Assembly (NCBI RefSeq): GCF_009914755.1
Contig: NC_060927.1
Origin: the human T2T-CHM13v2.0 reference genome, Homo sapiens
Reading direction: 5' to 3' (one strand)
Length of the DNA: 64,000 nucleotides
Made by a program: the position numbers and the translations under genes. Below are positions 39,637 through 55,029 of this stretch, piece by piece. Position 1 is the stretch's first letter. Every line of letters begins with the position of its first letter. Below the pieces are notes generated by a model. The model was not told where the DNA came from, made no database searches, and saw nothing but the letters and a program-made list of their open reading frames with translations.

Positions 39637-39840
39637 ACCATATATAGAGACTATATATATATATATACACACACACATACACACACCATAGAGACGTATA
39701 TATACCATATATAGAGAGAGAGGCCACATATATATATACACACACACACCATATATAGAGATCATATATATATACACACACGATATATATTATATATATA
39801 CACACACACAGACACGCACATACCATATATATATATATAA
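39637..39840. repeat. Compound (TA)n/(CA)n/(GA)n microsatellite with higher-order ccatatatagaga units
   Basis: Directly visible. Confidence 0.9.
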
Positions 39841-40517
39841 TAGTTTCAAATGGCAATACATATATTAACACTGACAAGAAGAACACCAAATGCAGTTTAA
39901 GGTTTCTTAATGGGATTTTGGTCAGTAAAATACATTATGAAAGAAATATTCTGCCATAATACTGTGCTTTAAAAGCACTCACTTTAAATATCTCTTCCCT
40001 GGGGAATCATACCACAAACTTGATACACAGATTGTTTTCAACTTTTAAAGACCACTTCATTTTTATTTCTATTTTTAACATTATATAAAACATTTACATG
40101 GTTCTTAAGTCTAGACCATAAAGCAGGTACATTCAGACAAGCATAGCTCACTCCTGCCCCTGCACCTTCCTTATTCTCTTCCTAATCCTGTAAATTATCA
40201 CTCTTGTAATTTATTTAACTTTCCATTCTGTCTTTTGTAAAATATTAGTAAAGGCACATATCCTCTCTGTTTTCACCCCCTTTCTTAGACAAAAAGGTAT
40301 TAATAGTATGCTATGAATACTGTTCTAAATCTGACTTTTATCAGGATAATAATATCTTGTAGATGATTCCATGGCTGTGTACAGACATCTTCCTTGTGCC
40401 TTTCCACAACTGCGTAGCCCTCCATTCTGGGGATGGTGGTGGTTGGCAGAATGCTAAAGATCCCCCTGCCCCCAAAGCCCCACCATCCCGGCTATTCAAA
40501 CACTAATCTAGATACTT

Positions 40518-41190
40518 CAGCTGGTCCCCAACTTACAATGATTCAACTTGCGATTTTATGATATGTTAGTTTGCAATGGTGCAAAAACAATATTCAGTAG
40601 AAACCATACATGGAATACTCATATAACCATTCTGCTTTTCACTTTCAGGGTGGTATTCAATAAATTACATGAGATATTCCACACTTTATTATAAAACAGG
40701 CTTTGTGGGCAGGGAGCGGTGGCTCACACCTGTAATCCCAGCACTTTGGGAGGCCAAGGCAGGTGGATCACTTCAGGTCAGCAGTTCGAGACCAGTCTGG
40801 TCAACGTGGTGAAACCCCGTCCCTACTAAAAATACAAAAATTAGTCAGGCATGGCGGCATGCACCTGTAATCCCAGCTACTCAGGAGGCTGAGGCAGGAG
40901 AATCACTTGAATCTGGGAGGCAGAGGCTGCAGTGAGCCGAGATCACACCACTGCACTACAGCCTGCATGACTAAGCGAGACTCCATTTCAAAAAAATAAA
41001 AAATAGGCTTTGCGTTAGATGATTTTGCCCAACTATAGGCTAATGTAAGTGTTCTGAGCACATTTAAGGTAGGACGGGCTAAGCTATGATGTTCAGTAGG
41101 TTAGATGTATTAAATGCATTTTTGACATGATATTTTCAACTTATGATGGGTTTATTGAAATGTAACCCCATTGGAAATCAAGGAGCATCT
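40518..41190 (-). mobile_element. MER47A (Tigger-family MITE), split by an Alu
   Basis: Terminal inverted repeats cagctggtccccaacttacaatg / cattggaaatcaaggagcatctg followed by TA; body matches MER47A. Confidence 0.85.
40708..41003 (+). mobile_element. Alu (AluSx-like)
   Basis: Full dimer; TSD aaaa(c/t)aggctttg(t/c)g. Confidence 0.93.
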
Positions 41191-42220
41191 GTATTGGGAA
41201 GTGAGTTTGAAGACATAATTAAAGTCCCAATTCCATTAATCTTAAGACACATAGATAATCTGAGTGAGCCTAAGCTAATCAAGTGAGACATTTAAAACTC
41301 ATTTTCTCTGACTGATGGCAGAGGAGGGAAGTCAAAGATGTCTGAAGCATGAGGGGAATGAGTGCCTGCTTCTCAAGGCATGAGAAGCAATCTTGCTGGC
41401 CACCAAGAGAAAGTAAACAGGTATGCAGTAAACTGTCAATGAAGAAGGACAGATTCCTGAAGCTGAGCATGAACCCCAGCCAAATACCAGCAAGAAAGTG
41501 AGGATGTCAGTCCAAAGACTGCAAGAACATGAATTCTGCCAAGAACCAGCGAGCTTGGAAGAGGACTCCGAGCCTCAACTGAGAATCTCAGCACCAGCCA
41601 ACACCTTGACATCAAGTATGTGAGATGTGAGCAGAGGATCCAGTTATACGAAGCCCAGACTCCTGACCCATGGAAACTGTCAGTTTAATAAACGGGCACT
41701 GCCTTTAATGATGGAGTCTGGTAATTTTCAACTTCCAAAATACAAAGACAAGGTAACAACATTCATCTGCTTTAGCCATCTTTCCCTTTGCTTCTGCCCT
41801 TGTGGTTTTGTGCCTTTTAATTCTTTTATTCTCATTTGAGTACAGTATCAGAAGAGAACACATTCAACCAGAAGATTACTGCTATGATTTCCTCAATTGG
41901 AAATCCTCCTCCATCTGTTCTTTACTCCTCCTAATGTTCTTGGCACTTGGCATGTGAGATCTCCTGGACCTCCACTCCATATTTCTTACTGTTTCCTCTC
42001 AAGTTTCCATGTCTTTGCCACCTGCTCTGAATGGTTTAATGTACCCTTTAATATTGCGTTTCAAAGCACCAATGCTATCCCTAGCAGAGGCCATTGTCTT
42101 CCAGTTCTAGACTTTCCAAAACAAAAAAAACACTGCCTTCTCCGTAGAGTTTTCAATATTTGTTAAAATTCCTTCTTTGTCTCTTCCATTAGTTCTGCCT
42201 CCATAAGAAATGCCTGGTCT

Positions 42221-42555
42221 GGCCGGGTGTGGTGGCTCACATCTGTAATCCCAGCACTTTGGGAGGTCAAGGCGGGTGGATTATTTGAGGTCGGGAGTTC
42301 AGCCTGACCAACATAGTGAAACCCTGTCTCTACTAAAAATACAAAAATTAGCTGGATGTGGTGGCGGGCGCCTGTAGTCCCAGCTACTCAGGAGGCTGAA
42401 GCAGGAGAATTGCTTGAACCCGGGAGGCGGAGATTGCAGTGAGCTGAGATTAAGTGAGACTCCACCTCAAAAAAAAAAAAGAGAGAGAGAGAAAGAGAGA
42501 GAGAGAGGAAGGGAGGGAAGGAGGGTGGGAAGGAGGGAGGGAAGGAGGGAGGGTG
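42221..42555 (+). mobile_element. Alu (AluS, small internal deletions) followed by GA-rich simple repeat at 42481-42555
   Basis: Dimer, then poly(A), then (GA)n/(GGAA/GGGA)n. Confidence 0.9.
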
Positions 42556-43214
42556 GGCGGGTCAGCCTGCTCTTCCCGTTCTTTCTCTTTCAAGTACCAT
42601 GTTTCCCTAAATGGGCTGGGACAAATCTCTGCCTATTGACTTCTTAACCTACTCAGTACCCAATCAGGATGGGTGTGGCAAAGAAGCAGGTATTAAGAGG
42701 GAGCTGTTCTCTTCAAGGGCAGGAAGGTGGTGTAGTCTTTCTAGAACCTTACAGACAGGGACAGATTGGCCCACCATTTCCGTTCTGCTCAAGATCTTGT
42801 GGGAATAAGACTGCAAGCCCAAACCACCATATGTAGAAAGCATCTGCATTTTAGACCCTGCAGAAGCTCCAAGTTCTACTATTCATGCTGAGCTTAGGAG
42901 GCCAAAGACAGGAGCACCATCTCTGCCACACAGTGCAGGAAAAATGGAGCCTACCTTACCTCCCCTGCAAGCCTAAGGTCACTTTCCAGACCCTCTCTCT
43001 ACACTCATCCTGTTTGTTGTGTTGCTCCAGAGACTGAGAAGAGTGGAGGTCAGTGTCAGGGGCATGCCTTCAGACCACTATGTTCCCACCACTGCTTCAG
43101 CTTCTAAACATTTATTCAGAGATAAGTCACAGCAATTCCCAGGGAGGAAGGACCACATGTGTCATACCCAATCTCTGAAGGTGTAAGTGGTTTAGTTCCT
43201 TCCAGTTAAAGAGC

Positions 43215-43640
43215 TTCTGAAGCTGAGGTTACAGGAAGTATTTTAGATAGCATCATCAGAGTGGCTCTCAGAAGAAGTAAACCTTGGACAGAGACTTGAA
43301 TGATCTGAGGAAGCCAGTCATGCAAGCATCTGAAGGAAGAGATCATAGGCACAGGAAACAGCAACCAAGAAGAGCCCTGAGGTGAGTGCATAGGCTTAGT
43401 GTATTCAAAATGCAACAGACAAACCATGGGGCTCAAATGGAGTGTGCCCAAAGAAGACAAGGGCTAACACAAGGGCAAGAACTAGACAAGGCAGGACAGG
43501 TAGGACATGGTGAGGAACAGGGGTATTATTTCAGAGTGACTGGGTGTTACTGGAGGAGTCCAAGCAGGGAAGAAACAAAAGCTGATTTGCAGTGTGTAGG
43601 TACTCTAGCTCCTATATAGAAACCAGACTGTGAGTACAAG
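43215..43640 (-). mobile_element. L2 remnant
   Basis: cagagacttgaatgat...gaagccagtcatgcaagcatctg...agccctgagg motifs. Confidence 0.6.
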
Positions 43641-44029
43641 AAATGATCTAACAGCATCCATTGAGAAAGTTTCTTACTTGTTCTTTCTCTTTTATTGTTT
43701 TATTTTGTCCCTTTTTTGTTTTTCTCTTTTCTTGCCCTAACTCTATATGGTAGAACTGTTGAGAAGCTATATTAGTTGTTCCAGTGAAAAATGATGGTAA
43801 ACGCAAAGACAAATCAGAGGTAGCAAAGCCAGCAGTGAGGCCATTAAAAATAAATAGACACGAGCAACTTCCACTTCTGGCCATAATGGACTAACAGAAA
43901 CAGGATTCACCCTCCCATCTAAAACAACCAAAAAATAGCCAAAATACATGAAACATCACACTTCAAGACATTGGACAAGGAAAACCAGTGATCCCTAAAA
44001 GATGAGAAACAAGGAGGTTTGTTAGGAAA

Positions 44030-44855
44030 TTCCACACCCCTCAATTGGAAGTGACTGATCTACAATGTAATGACATCCTGAAACACAAAAATCAAGAGAA
44101 GAATCTAACAGAATTATACAAATGCCTTCCCAGTGACAAATCTGCTCAATGAAAATCATATGTTCATGAGTTGATTTTGTTATTTGGCAGTATCTATCTG
44201 TGTGAAGACATTTTCAAAGACAAAACACATTAAATCACATTAAAAATCAGCACTAAGAGAAAAACATTTGCAACTGATTTAATGATAAGGACACTAACTT
44301 TGATCCCCAATTGAGCAAAATGTTATCTCCCCCTTCCCCGAAAAAAGAATTCTCTTCTCCCTAACAGACCTGTATTACAAAAGAAAAATTTCATTCAGTT
44401 AATATTGGTATATTTTTATGTCAATAAAAAACATGTGGGCTGGGTATGGTGGCTCATGCCTGTAATCCTAGCACTTTGGGAAGCTGAGGCAAGAGAATCA
44501 CTCAAGCCCAGCAGTTCAAGACCAGCCTGGACAACACAGTGAGACCCTGTCTCTATCAAAACATTTTAAAAAGTATCTGGGCATGATGGCATGCACCTGT
44601 AGTCCCAGCTACTCCAGAAGCTGAAATGAGAGGATCGCTTGGGCCTGGTGTGGGGATCGAGGCTCCAGTGAGCCATGATTACACCACTGCACTCCAGCCT
44701 GGGCAACAGAGTAAGACCCTGTCTCCAAAAATACACACAGAAATTTGTTGTCTTGTTTGTTATATAGGTAGGTATGTAATCGCCCCAATTTTGCCTCTTG
44801 ATCTACAAAGCCTACTCTCTCACTGTTACCAGGAAAAAAAAAATTGTCAACCCCT
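44030..44855 (+). mobile_element. hAT-Charlie (Charlie1-like) 3' fragment split by AluJ
   Basis: caattggaagtgactgatctacaatgtaatgac...tttggcagtatctatctgtgtgaa transposase C-terminus; terminus ttgtcaacccct. Confidence 0.75.
44438..44731 (+). mobile_element. AluJ
   Basis: aagcccagcagttcaagacc, gatcgcttgggcc, gaccctgtctc. Confidence 0.9.
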
Positions 44856-45283
44856 AATCTAGATCAATCTCAGCAATACCAGGCTCTGCTCAGTATTCTA
44901 GAACAAGTAAAACCCTGGATCTAGAAACAGACATTAAACCAAACTGTCAGGTCTCCTCTGGGCTTCAATACAGCACGGATCAGATGGTTCAGAAGGTGTT
45001 AATCAGAAAGCATCAGAACACGAAGCAAACTTGAGGAGCATCTAGAACAGCTCCTCCTTTTAGAGCAAAGAGTTACAAGCCGGGAGAAAGACCTGTCCTT
45101 CCTAGGACCAGTCCATAAACTCTCACCCCCTGCCCTGCTCCTCCTTCTGAGCCTTCAGCTACTTATTCCAGAATCTTACAATAAGGAAAATTACAACCAA
45201 GCCACTGGTCTAATATTGACTCCCAAAGGTACAAACAAGAAACATCTCAACACCCTGCTTTGGATTGTTCTCAGATCTAGGGC

Positions 45284-45651
45284 TGTGTTAGCCCATTCTC
45301 ACACTGCTGTGAAGAAATATCTGAGATTGGGTAATTTATAAAGGAAAAAGGTTAATTAATTCACACTGCTGGGGAGGCCTCAGGAAACTTACAACAATGG
45401 CAGAGGGTAAAGGAAAAACAGACTCCTTCTTCACAGCCAGGAGGATGGAGTGAGTGCCAGCATGGGAAATGCCAGACACTTAAAAAACCATCAGATGTGG
45501 TGAGACTCACTCATTATCACAAGAACAGAATGGGGGAAACCACTCCCATGATCCAATTACTCCCACTTGGTCCCACCCTTGACACGTGGGGATTACAGGG
45601 ATTATAATTCAAGGTGAGATTTGGGTGGGGACAGAGAGACAAACCATATCA
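45284..45651 (-). mobile_element. MaLR solo LTR (THE1D/MSTA-like), 368 bp
   Basis: tgtgttagcccattctcac...aaaccatatca termini; exact 5-bp TSD agggc. Confidence 0.92.
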
Positions 45652-45867
45652 AGGGCACACCAGGGATTTCTCACTCTGCTATAGTTTCAGAGGTCTTCTC
45701 TGGGTCCTCAGTACTTCCAAGCTGAGATTACAGGTGAAATATTAAGCCCCTGGAAAAACTCTTAAAAAAAAATACCAGATACACAGAGGCCAAGAAATAC
45801 CCTACAACTACTAATACAACAGGCACTAAATTGAAGTTACTGATGAAACCATCAGAGAAAATCTTAC

Positions 45868-45995
45868 CTTGCTTGGCAACTGAGCAGCAACATCTCACGG
45901 TTATAAATCAAAATATATAGAAGAACCAGGAAGGCTTTTGCTCTAATGCATGTTGAGGGGCTGTCAAGTAAACGGATAATTGTGGAGACAAAACC
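45868..45995 (-). CDS. ULK4: ULK4 internal coding exon A (128 nt, phase 0->2): GFVSTIIRLLDSPSTCIRAKAFLVLLYILIYNREMLLLSCQA(R)
   Basis: Minus strand acceptor tgtcttctacag|GGT and donor GCAAG|gtaagat; open frame; peptide recognised as ULK4 HEAT-repeat region; joins in frame to exon at 9351. Confidence 0.95.
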
Positions 45996-46099
45996 CTGTA
46001 GAAGACATTTAAACAATTTTTTGAGAGAACATAAAAAAATAGGGCAGTCTCAATTCTCAGAGTGAACAGACTATAATAATCAAGCAGATGGCAGGAAGT

Positions 46100-46330
46100 A
46101 AAATAATAACTACTGTTTTCGCATTCTCAATTTGTGCCAGATCCCATAACTAAATTTTAATATTATCTCATTTAAATCTGAAAGTTAGTCATAAAAAGTT
46201 GACAATGTTGTCCCCGCTTTAAAGAGAAAAATGAATATGGAAAAATTAAGCAATTTACCCAAATTCAGAGTTGGATAAAATCCAGGCCAGTTGAATGACA
46301 AAGCCTGCCTGTTAACTACTCAATCACACA
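46100..46330 (-). mobile_element. MIR SINE
   Basis: tattatctcatttaaatct...ccccgctttaaagagaaaaat...ttaagcaatttacccaa. Confidence 0.55.
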
Positions 46331-48857
46331 ACTGGAAATGTGGCAGCAAATAATACAACTGTCAGTCACAACTACATGTAGATATAAATCTCTGAGAAGA
46401 GCTGCATATAGAGAGATCATACCTCTAGTCTACACATCTGAGGGCTTAACAGATATAAAGACAATACTCAATACATGACACAAAGAAACGTATACTCCTA
46501 TAACACTCTTTAATTAAAGGTATAATTCAACACAGAGGACTAAGTATTGACAAGGAATAGTGCTACTTTCCCTTTTAAAAGACAGACTATAAATAATTTC
46601 TATAAATATGCAAACAGAAAACAGACACACATACACACACATGGTTAACGAATGTAAGTAGTCAGAAATACGGAATCGTAATATCAGCAAGATGGCTACA
46701 GAGAACAGGAATATATAAGTTCCCAAGAGAGCTTAAGAGAGGCCAGCACCTAACAGTAACACTGTGTGTCCAAGACAGATTTAAGAAGCTCATTTTTTTT
46801 TGGCCACACTCCAGTCCTTTTCTATTTGGTGCTATGTTTCCAGGTAGGAAGAATTTACATAGTCATGTATATGCCATGTAAATTCTATGCTACTTAAGGA
46901 TAAAAACATATCTAAGCATCAGTCTCACCTACTTCCTGAACCAAATTATCAAAGCCAAATTATTTATCTCAGGTAAAAAAAACAAATCAAGGCAGTCATC
47001 CTTGAGTAGAAGATCTGTTTTCTACCTTTCCAGCAACTAGACAGTAGAAAATCCATCTCCCCAGAGTCCATTCCTGATTCTAATTTATACTCTGTGGTCT
47101 AAGGACCACCATCACAAGTCTGTTCCCCATATCAACACCACCCCCAACATATACACACATAATTCCAAAGCCATTCAAATTTCCAGCAATCATAGACTGA
47201 AAAGCTCTTCCAGATTATAAGAGATTAAAAAGACATGATAACTGACTGCAATTCAAGATCTGGAAGTTTTGTTCCCATAAAGAACACTATCGGGAGAACT
47301 GGCAAAATCTGAATAAGGTCTGTAGATTAGCTAACAATACTGAATCAATGTTAGTTTCTTGATTTTGAAATTCACAGCTTGTTTCAAGGAAACATTCAAT
47401 GAAATAATTAGAATTAGAAGAGCAAGCATCATGTCCACAAACTTCTCAAATGGGTCAGAAAACACAGATACACGCACACACACATGCACACAAAGTGAAA
47501 GAGATAAAGACAGAGAGAGAGACAAATTATAAAGTAAACATAGCAAACTGTTAACATTTGGTGAATGTGGACAAAGGATCTATTGCAATCATTCACACTG
47601 TATGTCCAAAATTAAACTCAGTGACTACTCTAAACATGAGTACTAGCCAAACTCAGAAGTCTGAGTACCATCCTTGACCCTTCTTTCCTTTCTCCCACGC
47701 CCAATTAACCCCAAGCTCTGTGAAAATGACACCCCCACTATGGCTGTATTATTTCTATGCACCATTATATCTTTCCTGAATTACTACAATCGGCTTTATC
47801 TAATTTTCCTTTATTCCATCTATTCTACAAATTTTAGCCACAGTGGATCCTCTGTAAGAGCAAATATAACTCACCTATAAAATATTCTCAATAGTTACAC
47901 AACCATTAAAAAGAGGTTAAAACTAATTATGGCATATGAGGTTCTTCATGGTCTGGCTTTTCATTATCTTCCCAAAATCATGTATCATACCATCAACTCC
48001 ACTGAATACCCTCAACACTCACCATGAAGAAGTAAAAAAAGGAAGATGAGAACATTGAACAAAGGAAAGCGGCAAAGGGAATCTCAGGATGATTCCAAGG
48101 TGACAGCCTTCACCAGACAGAGGGCAGCCTATCTGTAAGGAAGCTGGTCAGAGGCCCCCAGAGAAAACTCAGGAGAAAAAACTGACAGATTATACGAAGC
48201 ACCTGAATGTACTCTGAAACACAAAGTGATGAAAACGAAGAAAGTTCCACTAGATATTGATCTACACAAAATTAACAGACTGATTACATATGCATATTGG
48301 AGCCTGTCTCATGTCCTACTTCAAAATAAACACCAAACAGCTCTAAGATTTAAAAAATAAACACAAAATGATTCAAAGATCTAGAAGAGGCCATGGGAGG
48401 TAGGAATACAAACATATATACATACATATATACATATTTCAATCTCAGACTGGGGAAAATGTTCGTAAATAATTAGAAAGAACAAAATAAGCGTGAGAAA
48501 TGTAAATACAAAAAATGTTAAATGCCACATAGAAATAGAACACTATAAAGAAAAAAACCACATAAACTAGAGTATTTGCAGCACATTTTTTTAATAAAGG
48601 GTGATTTTCTTGATATATAAATATCAATAACTAAGAAAAGAACTTAAGAACTAAGAAAGTAAGAGTCCTAGAAACAACTGAAACCTCTGATCTCTTCCAT
48701 GTGGAATATCACATTAACCAAGGATAATTTAAGGTATTTCAAAAAATACAGAAGATAGGAGGCAAGTTTCATATAAAGCTATCCATATAAACCTATTTCA
48801 TATAAAGAAAACGAAAAATGAAAATCAAAAACATTTTGGCTGATAAAAACTCTTTTT

Positions 48858-49433
<576 letters not shown>

Positions 49434-49452
49434 GAAATGCTCTGATTTTACC

Positions 49453-49810
49453 TGCTATGGGCTGAATGTTTTTGCCTGCCCCCATTCATATGTTAAACTT
49501 AATCCACAATGTAATAGCGTTAAGAGGTGGAGCCTTTTGGAGGTAATTAGGTCATAAGGACTATCCCTCATGAATGAGGTTGGTACCCTTATAAAAGAGG
49601 CCTGAGTGAGTTTATTTACCCCTTCCAACATGTAAGGACACAAAGACGAAACTATGTATGACAAATGGGCCCACAATAGACACCAAAGCTGCTAGTACCT
49701 CGATTTTGGACTTCCCAGCCTCCAGAACAGTGAGCAATAAATTTCCATTATTTATAAATTACCCCGTCTAAGGTACCTTGTTATAGCAGCCCAAACATAC
49801 TAAGATACCA
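49453..49810 (+). mobile_element. MaLR solo LTR (MLT1A/MSTD-like)
   Basis: tgctatgggctgaatgt...aataaatttcc...ataaattaccc...ttgttatagcagc. Confidence 0.85.
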
Positions 49811-50110
49811 CTCAACCAAAACAAAAAACAAAACAAAGCAAAATTGAGGGAGAGGTAAACTGTACTGTAACAGCTCAATTTGAAGGAACTATCATTAAAT
49901 AAGCATTTATAGACATCAAAAAGGTCCAAGTCACTTAGTTATACAAGACAAGGAGGTATAGACAGTATACCTTAGGAACACAGATGCAAAAACTCCTCAA
50001 CAATATATAAGCACGTTGATCCAGAATATATTAAAAGAATAAAACTTGATGACCAAGTGAGGTTTATCCCAGGAATCCAAGGCTGATTCAACATTTGAAA
50101 AACAATAAGT

Positions 50111-50448
<338 letters not shown>

Positions 50449-52001
50449 TCAATTACTAATAAAAAACCATTTTACAAAATTCAACATCCATTCATGATAA
50501 AAACTCTCAGTAACCTAGGAATAAAAGAGACCTCCTCAATCTGAAACAAAGCAAGTAGAAAACAAAAAACCTACAGCTAACATCATACTTAATGATGACA
50601 GACAAGGTGTTTCCCCAGAAACTGGGAAGAAAGCAAGGATGTTCATTCTCTTCACCCATGATTCAGTATTTTACTGAAAGCTATAGCCAGTATAAGAAGA
50701 AAAATAAATAAAAGACATTTAGATTTGAATGAAAGAAATATTTGCAGATGACATGATTATCTATGTAGAAAATCCCAAGGAATTTACAAAAAAAGCTCCT
50801 ATAAGTGAGTTTAGCAAAATCTGGTATATTTCAACATACCAATAATGAACAATTGGAAAATAAATCCTTTTTAAAGTACCACTTTTCAATAGCTCCAACA
50901 GTAACAACAACAAAGAAGTATTGCTTTCACCCTAACAAAACATCTACAGAATCTGTACATTAAAAATTCTAAAATAGTGATTAAAGAAAACTTTTTAAAC
51001 GTATAAATAATGAAGAGACATTCCATGTTCATGTAGTAAGACTCAAGTTAGTCATCAATTCTCCCCAAATTGACCTATAGACTTAATGCAACTTCAATCA
51101 AAATCCCAACAGGGCATTTTGTGGATGTAAACTAAGTTTAAAATTTCTATGGAAAGGTAAATAAAAACTAGAATATGCAAAACAATTTTGGGGGGATATG
51201 CAAGAATTGCACAATAATTTTAAGACATAAAAAAACTACGGTAATCAAAACAATGTAGTATGGACAAAATGATAGACACATAGAACAAGGAAACAAACTA
51301 GAGTTTAGAAATATAGTCCATTAGTCTATGATAAAGGTGCAAAGGCAACATTGGAAAAAGGATAATCATATGACCAAATGATGCTGGAACACCTGAACAT
51401 CCACATGCAAAAATGTTAACTTACACTCATTCCTCACTCCATATGCAAAAATTAACCCAAAATGTATTATACAACTGAATATAAGTAAACTTCATCAAAA
51501 TTAAAATTTCTCCCCTGTGAAGGACACTGTAAGAAAAGACAAGCCACATACTGACAGAAAATATTTGTACCCAGAATATATAAAGAACTCTCAAAACTCA
51601 AAATTAAGAAAAAAATTTTAATGAACAAAATATTTAAACAGACATTTCACTAAAGAAAATATGTATCTGTCGAATAGATGCAAGGATGCTCAATATCATA
51701 ATCATTATAGTAGTGCAAATTAAAATCATACTGAGATATAACTATGAGCTTATTAGAATGACTAGCATGAAAAACGGTGAGTATGTAGAGCAACTGAAGT
51801 TTTTCATACATTGCTAGTGGGAATGCAGAAATGGTACAGGAATCCTGGAAAACAGTTTGGCAGTTTCATTAAAATGTTCAATACATACCTATCATATATG
51901 CCTCAACCATCCTAAGTATTCTAATAAAATAAAAACTTAAGTTCACAGAAAACCTTGTACACAAAAATTGTACACAAAAATAGCAATATTTAGTTATAAT
52001 A

Positions 52002-52333
52002 CAGATTAAGTATCCCAAATCCAAAAATCTGAAATCTGTAATGCTCCCAAATCCAAAACTTTTTGAGCACTGACATGATGCAAGTGGAAAATTCCACACA
52101 TAAGTACTTAATACAAACTTTGTTTCATGCACTGAAAATATTTAAAATATTGTATGAAATTACCTTGGCCTTATTTTATACAAGGTGTATATGAAACATA
52201 AATATTGTGCTTAGACTTGGGTCCCATCCCCAAGATTTCTCATTATTTATATACAAATATTACAAGATCCAAAAACACTGAAATCTGAAACACTTCTGGT
52301 CTCAAGCATTTTGGATAAGGGATATTTAATCTG
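52002..52333 (+). mobile_element. Tigger4/Zombi MITE (Tigger4b-like)
   Basis: TIRs cagattaagtatccc / gggatatttaatctg; aaatccaaaaatctgaaat repeats. Confidence 0.85.
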
Positions 52334-53321
52334 CAGTCAAAAACCAAAAACAGTCCACATGTCCTTCAATGTGTACGTGAAAAAATAAACTGTGGTACAT
52401 CCACATAATGAAACAGTACTCAGCAGTAATGAACTACTGATACATGCAGTGACATGGATGAATCTCACCTGCACTGTATTAACTGAAAGAAACCAGCTGC
52501 AAAGATTATATGCAGTATGATTCCATTTATATGACATTCTGGAAAAGATAAAACTATAGGGGCAGGGAAGACATCCATGATTGCCAGGGACTGGGATGGA
52601 GGGTGGTTTGCCTAAGACAAAAGCAGCACAAGGTCATTCTTTGGGAAACTGGAATTGTTCTGTATCTTTCTGGTGGTGGTAACAAGAGTCTATGGATATA
52701 TTAAACCTCATAGAACTGAGTCCCCATGGAAGTAAATTTCATTAAAAGTAAATTTCATTATACATAAATTTAAAAATTAAAAAATAATATAGTATATATA
52801 ATATACACATAAAATACATTATATACTATGTTATGTTATATATTATCATACATATATGTATATGTATTATATGTATATACATATATTAGATTTATTATAC
52901 ATGCTATATATATATTATATATTATCTACCATTCACAACAATGTATAACAGCAATGATTATAGTAATGAGTGTTATGCCTTAAACAGTAGAGCAACCACC
53001 TTTCTAATGTGAAAACTATGTAGGATACAAGAAGCAATAAAATATTTTATCACACTACTGTCAGTCTGAGACTTTCAAAAGAACAAAAATAAGTGAGGAT
53101 ATAGAAGACCTAAATAACATAAATAGATTAGATATTATGGGTAGATATCAAATTTTATATTCAAATAATGGAACATACATCTTTTACTTTACATAGAATG
53201 TTCCTTTAAGTTGATCATATAACAGATCATGAAAAAGTATTAAAATACTCCACAAAGTAAAAATAATTTTTATGATTACAATGCAATAAAACTAGAAATT
53301 AGGCTGTCATGGTGGCTGAAA

Positions 53322-53610
53322 CCTGTAATCCCAGCACTATGGGAGACTGAGGCAGGAGAATTGCTTGAGCTCAGGAGTTCCAGACCAGCCTGGGCAACAC
53401 AGCAAGACCTCTTCTCTACTTAAAAATAATAATAATAATAATTAGCCAGGCATGATGGCACATGCCTGTAGTCCTAGCTACTTAGATGGCTGAGGTGGAT
53501 GGATCACTTGAGCCCAGGAGGTCGAGGCTACAGTGAGCTATGATCTCATCACTGCACTCCAGCCTGGAAAACAGAATGAGACCCTGTCTCAGGGAAACAA
53601 ACAAACAAAA
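53322..53610 (+). mobile_element. AluJ
   Basis: ttgagcccaggaggtcgaggct; TSD aaaactagaaatta. Confidence 0.92.
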
Positions 53611-53959
53611 CTAGAAATTAATTAAAACATAAATAATCCAAAAGGCCCTTCTACCTGCAAATTTTTTAACTCTGTATTAAACAAACCGTAAGAGAAAATA
53701 CAAACCAAAATTGCAGAACTTAGAAATACTAGATCTTATTCATTCTAGCTAACTATATTTTTGTGCCCATTAACCACCCCCACTCTCCCTTCCAATACCC
53801 TTCCCAGCTCCTGTTACCATCATTCTGTTCTTTATTTCCATGAGTTCAACTGTTTTAATTTTTAGCTCTATCTACCCAAAAGAATTTAAAATGTTTTTTT
53901 AAGTTTAAAAAATAAGAAAAAAAGTAAAGAAAATAAAAAGCTAACAGTGAAAACACTAT

Positions 53960-54649
<690 letters not shown>

Positions 54650-55029
54650 ACTACATACAGGATAGGATAAAAGTAGAAATGAAAAAATATGCAACCCATA
54701 ATTATATAAAAGAATATAAATACCCATAATAAAAGAATAAAAATACACGAATTAAATCTCCAACATAAAAAGCTGAAACATAAACAACAAAGTACACCAA
54801 AATGAAGCAAGAAAGGTGTGAGCAGAAATCAATGAGGTGGGAAAAAACATTTTTAAGGAAAGTGATAAATCAAAATCCTGGCTCTTTGAAAAATATGAAC
54901 AAAATAGATAACTTACTAGCTAAAATAATCAAGAAAAAAGGGGAGATAGCAAAGATAAACAAGAAAAGAAATGAAAAGAGGGCAATTACCATTGCTGGCT
55001 TCCATATAATGGAGTGAACGCTGTGTATG

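Larger units (their letters stand above)
40435..41700 (+). mobile_element. MLT1 (E/F-like) LTR split by MER47A
   Basis: tggttggcagaatgctaaagat start; ccagcaagaaa...tgaattctgccaa...gagcttggaag...aacaccttga motifs after 41193. Confidence 0.7.

Noticed and set aside
42481-42560. G-rich tract as a regulatory G-quadruplex or triplex element
   Set aside because: Alu-tail-derived GA-rich simple repeat; common, with no supporting context.
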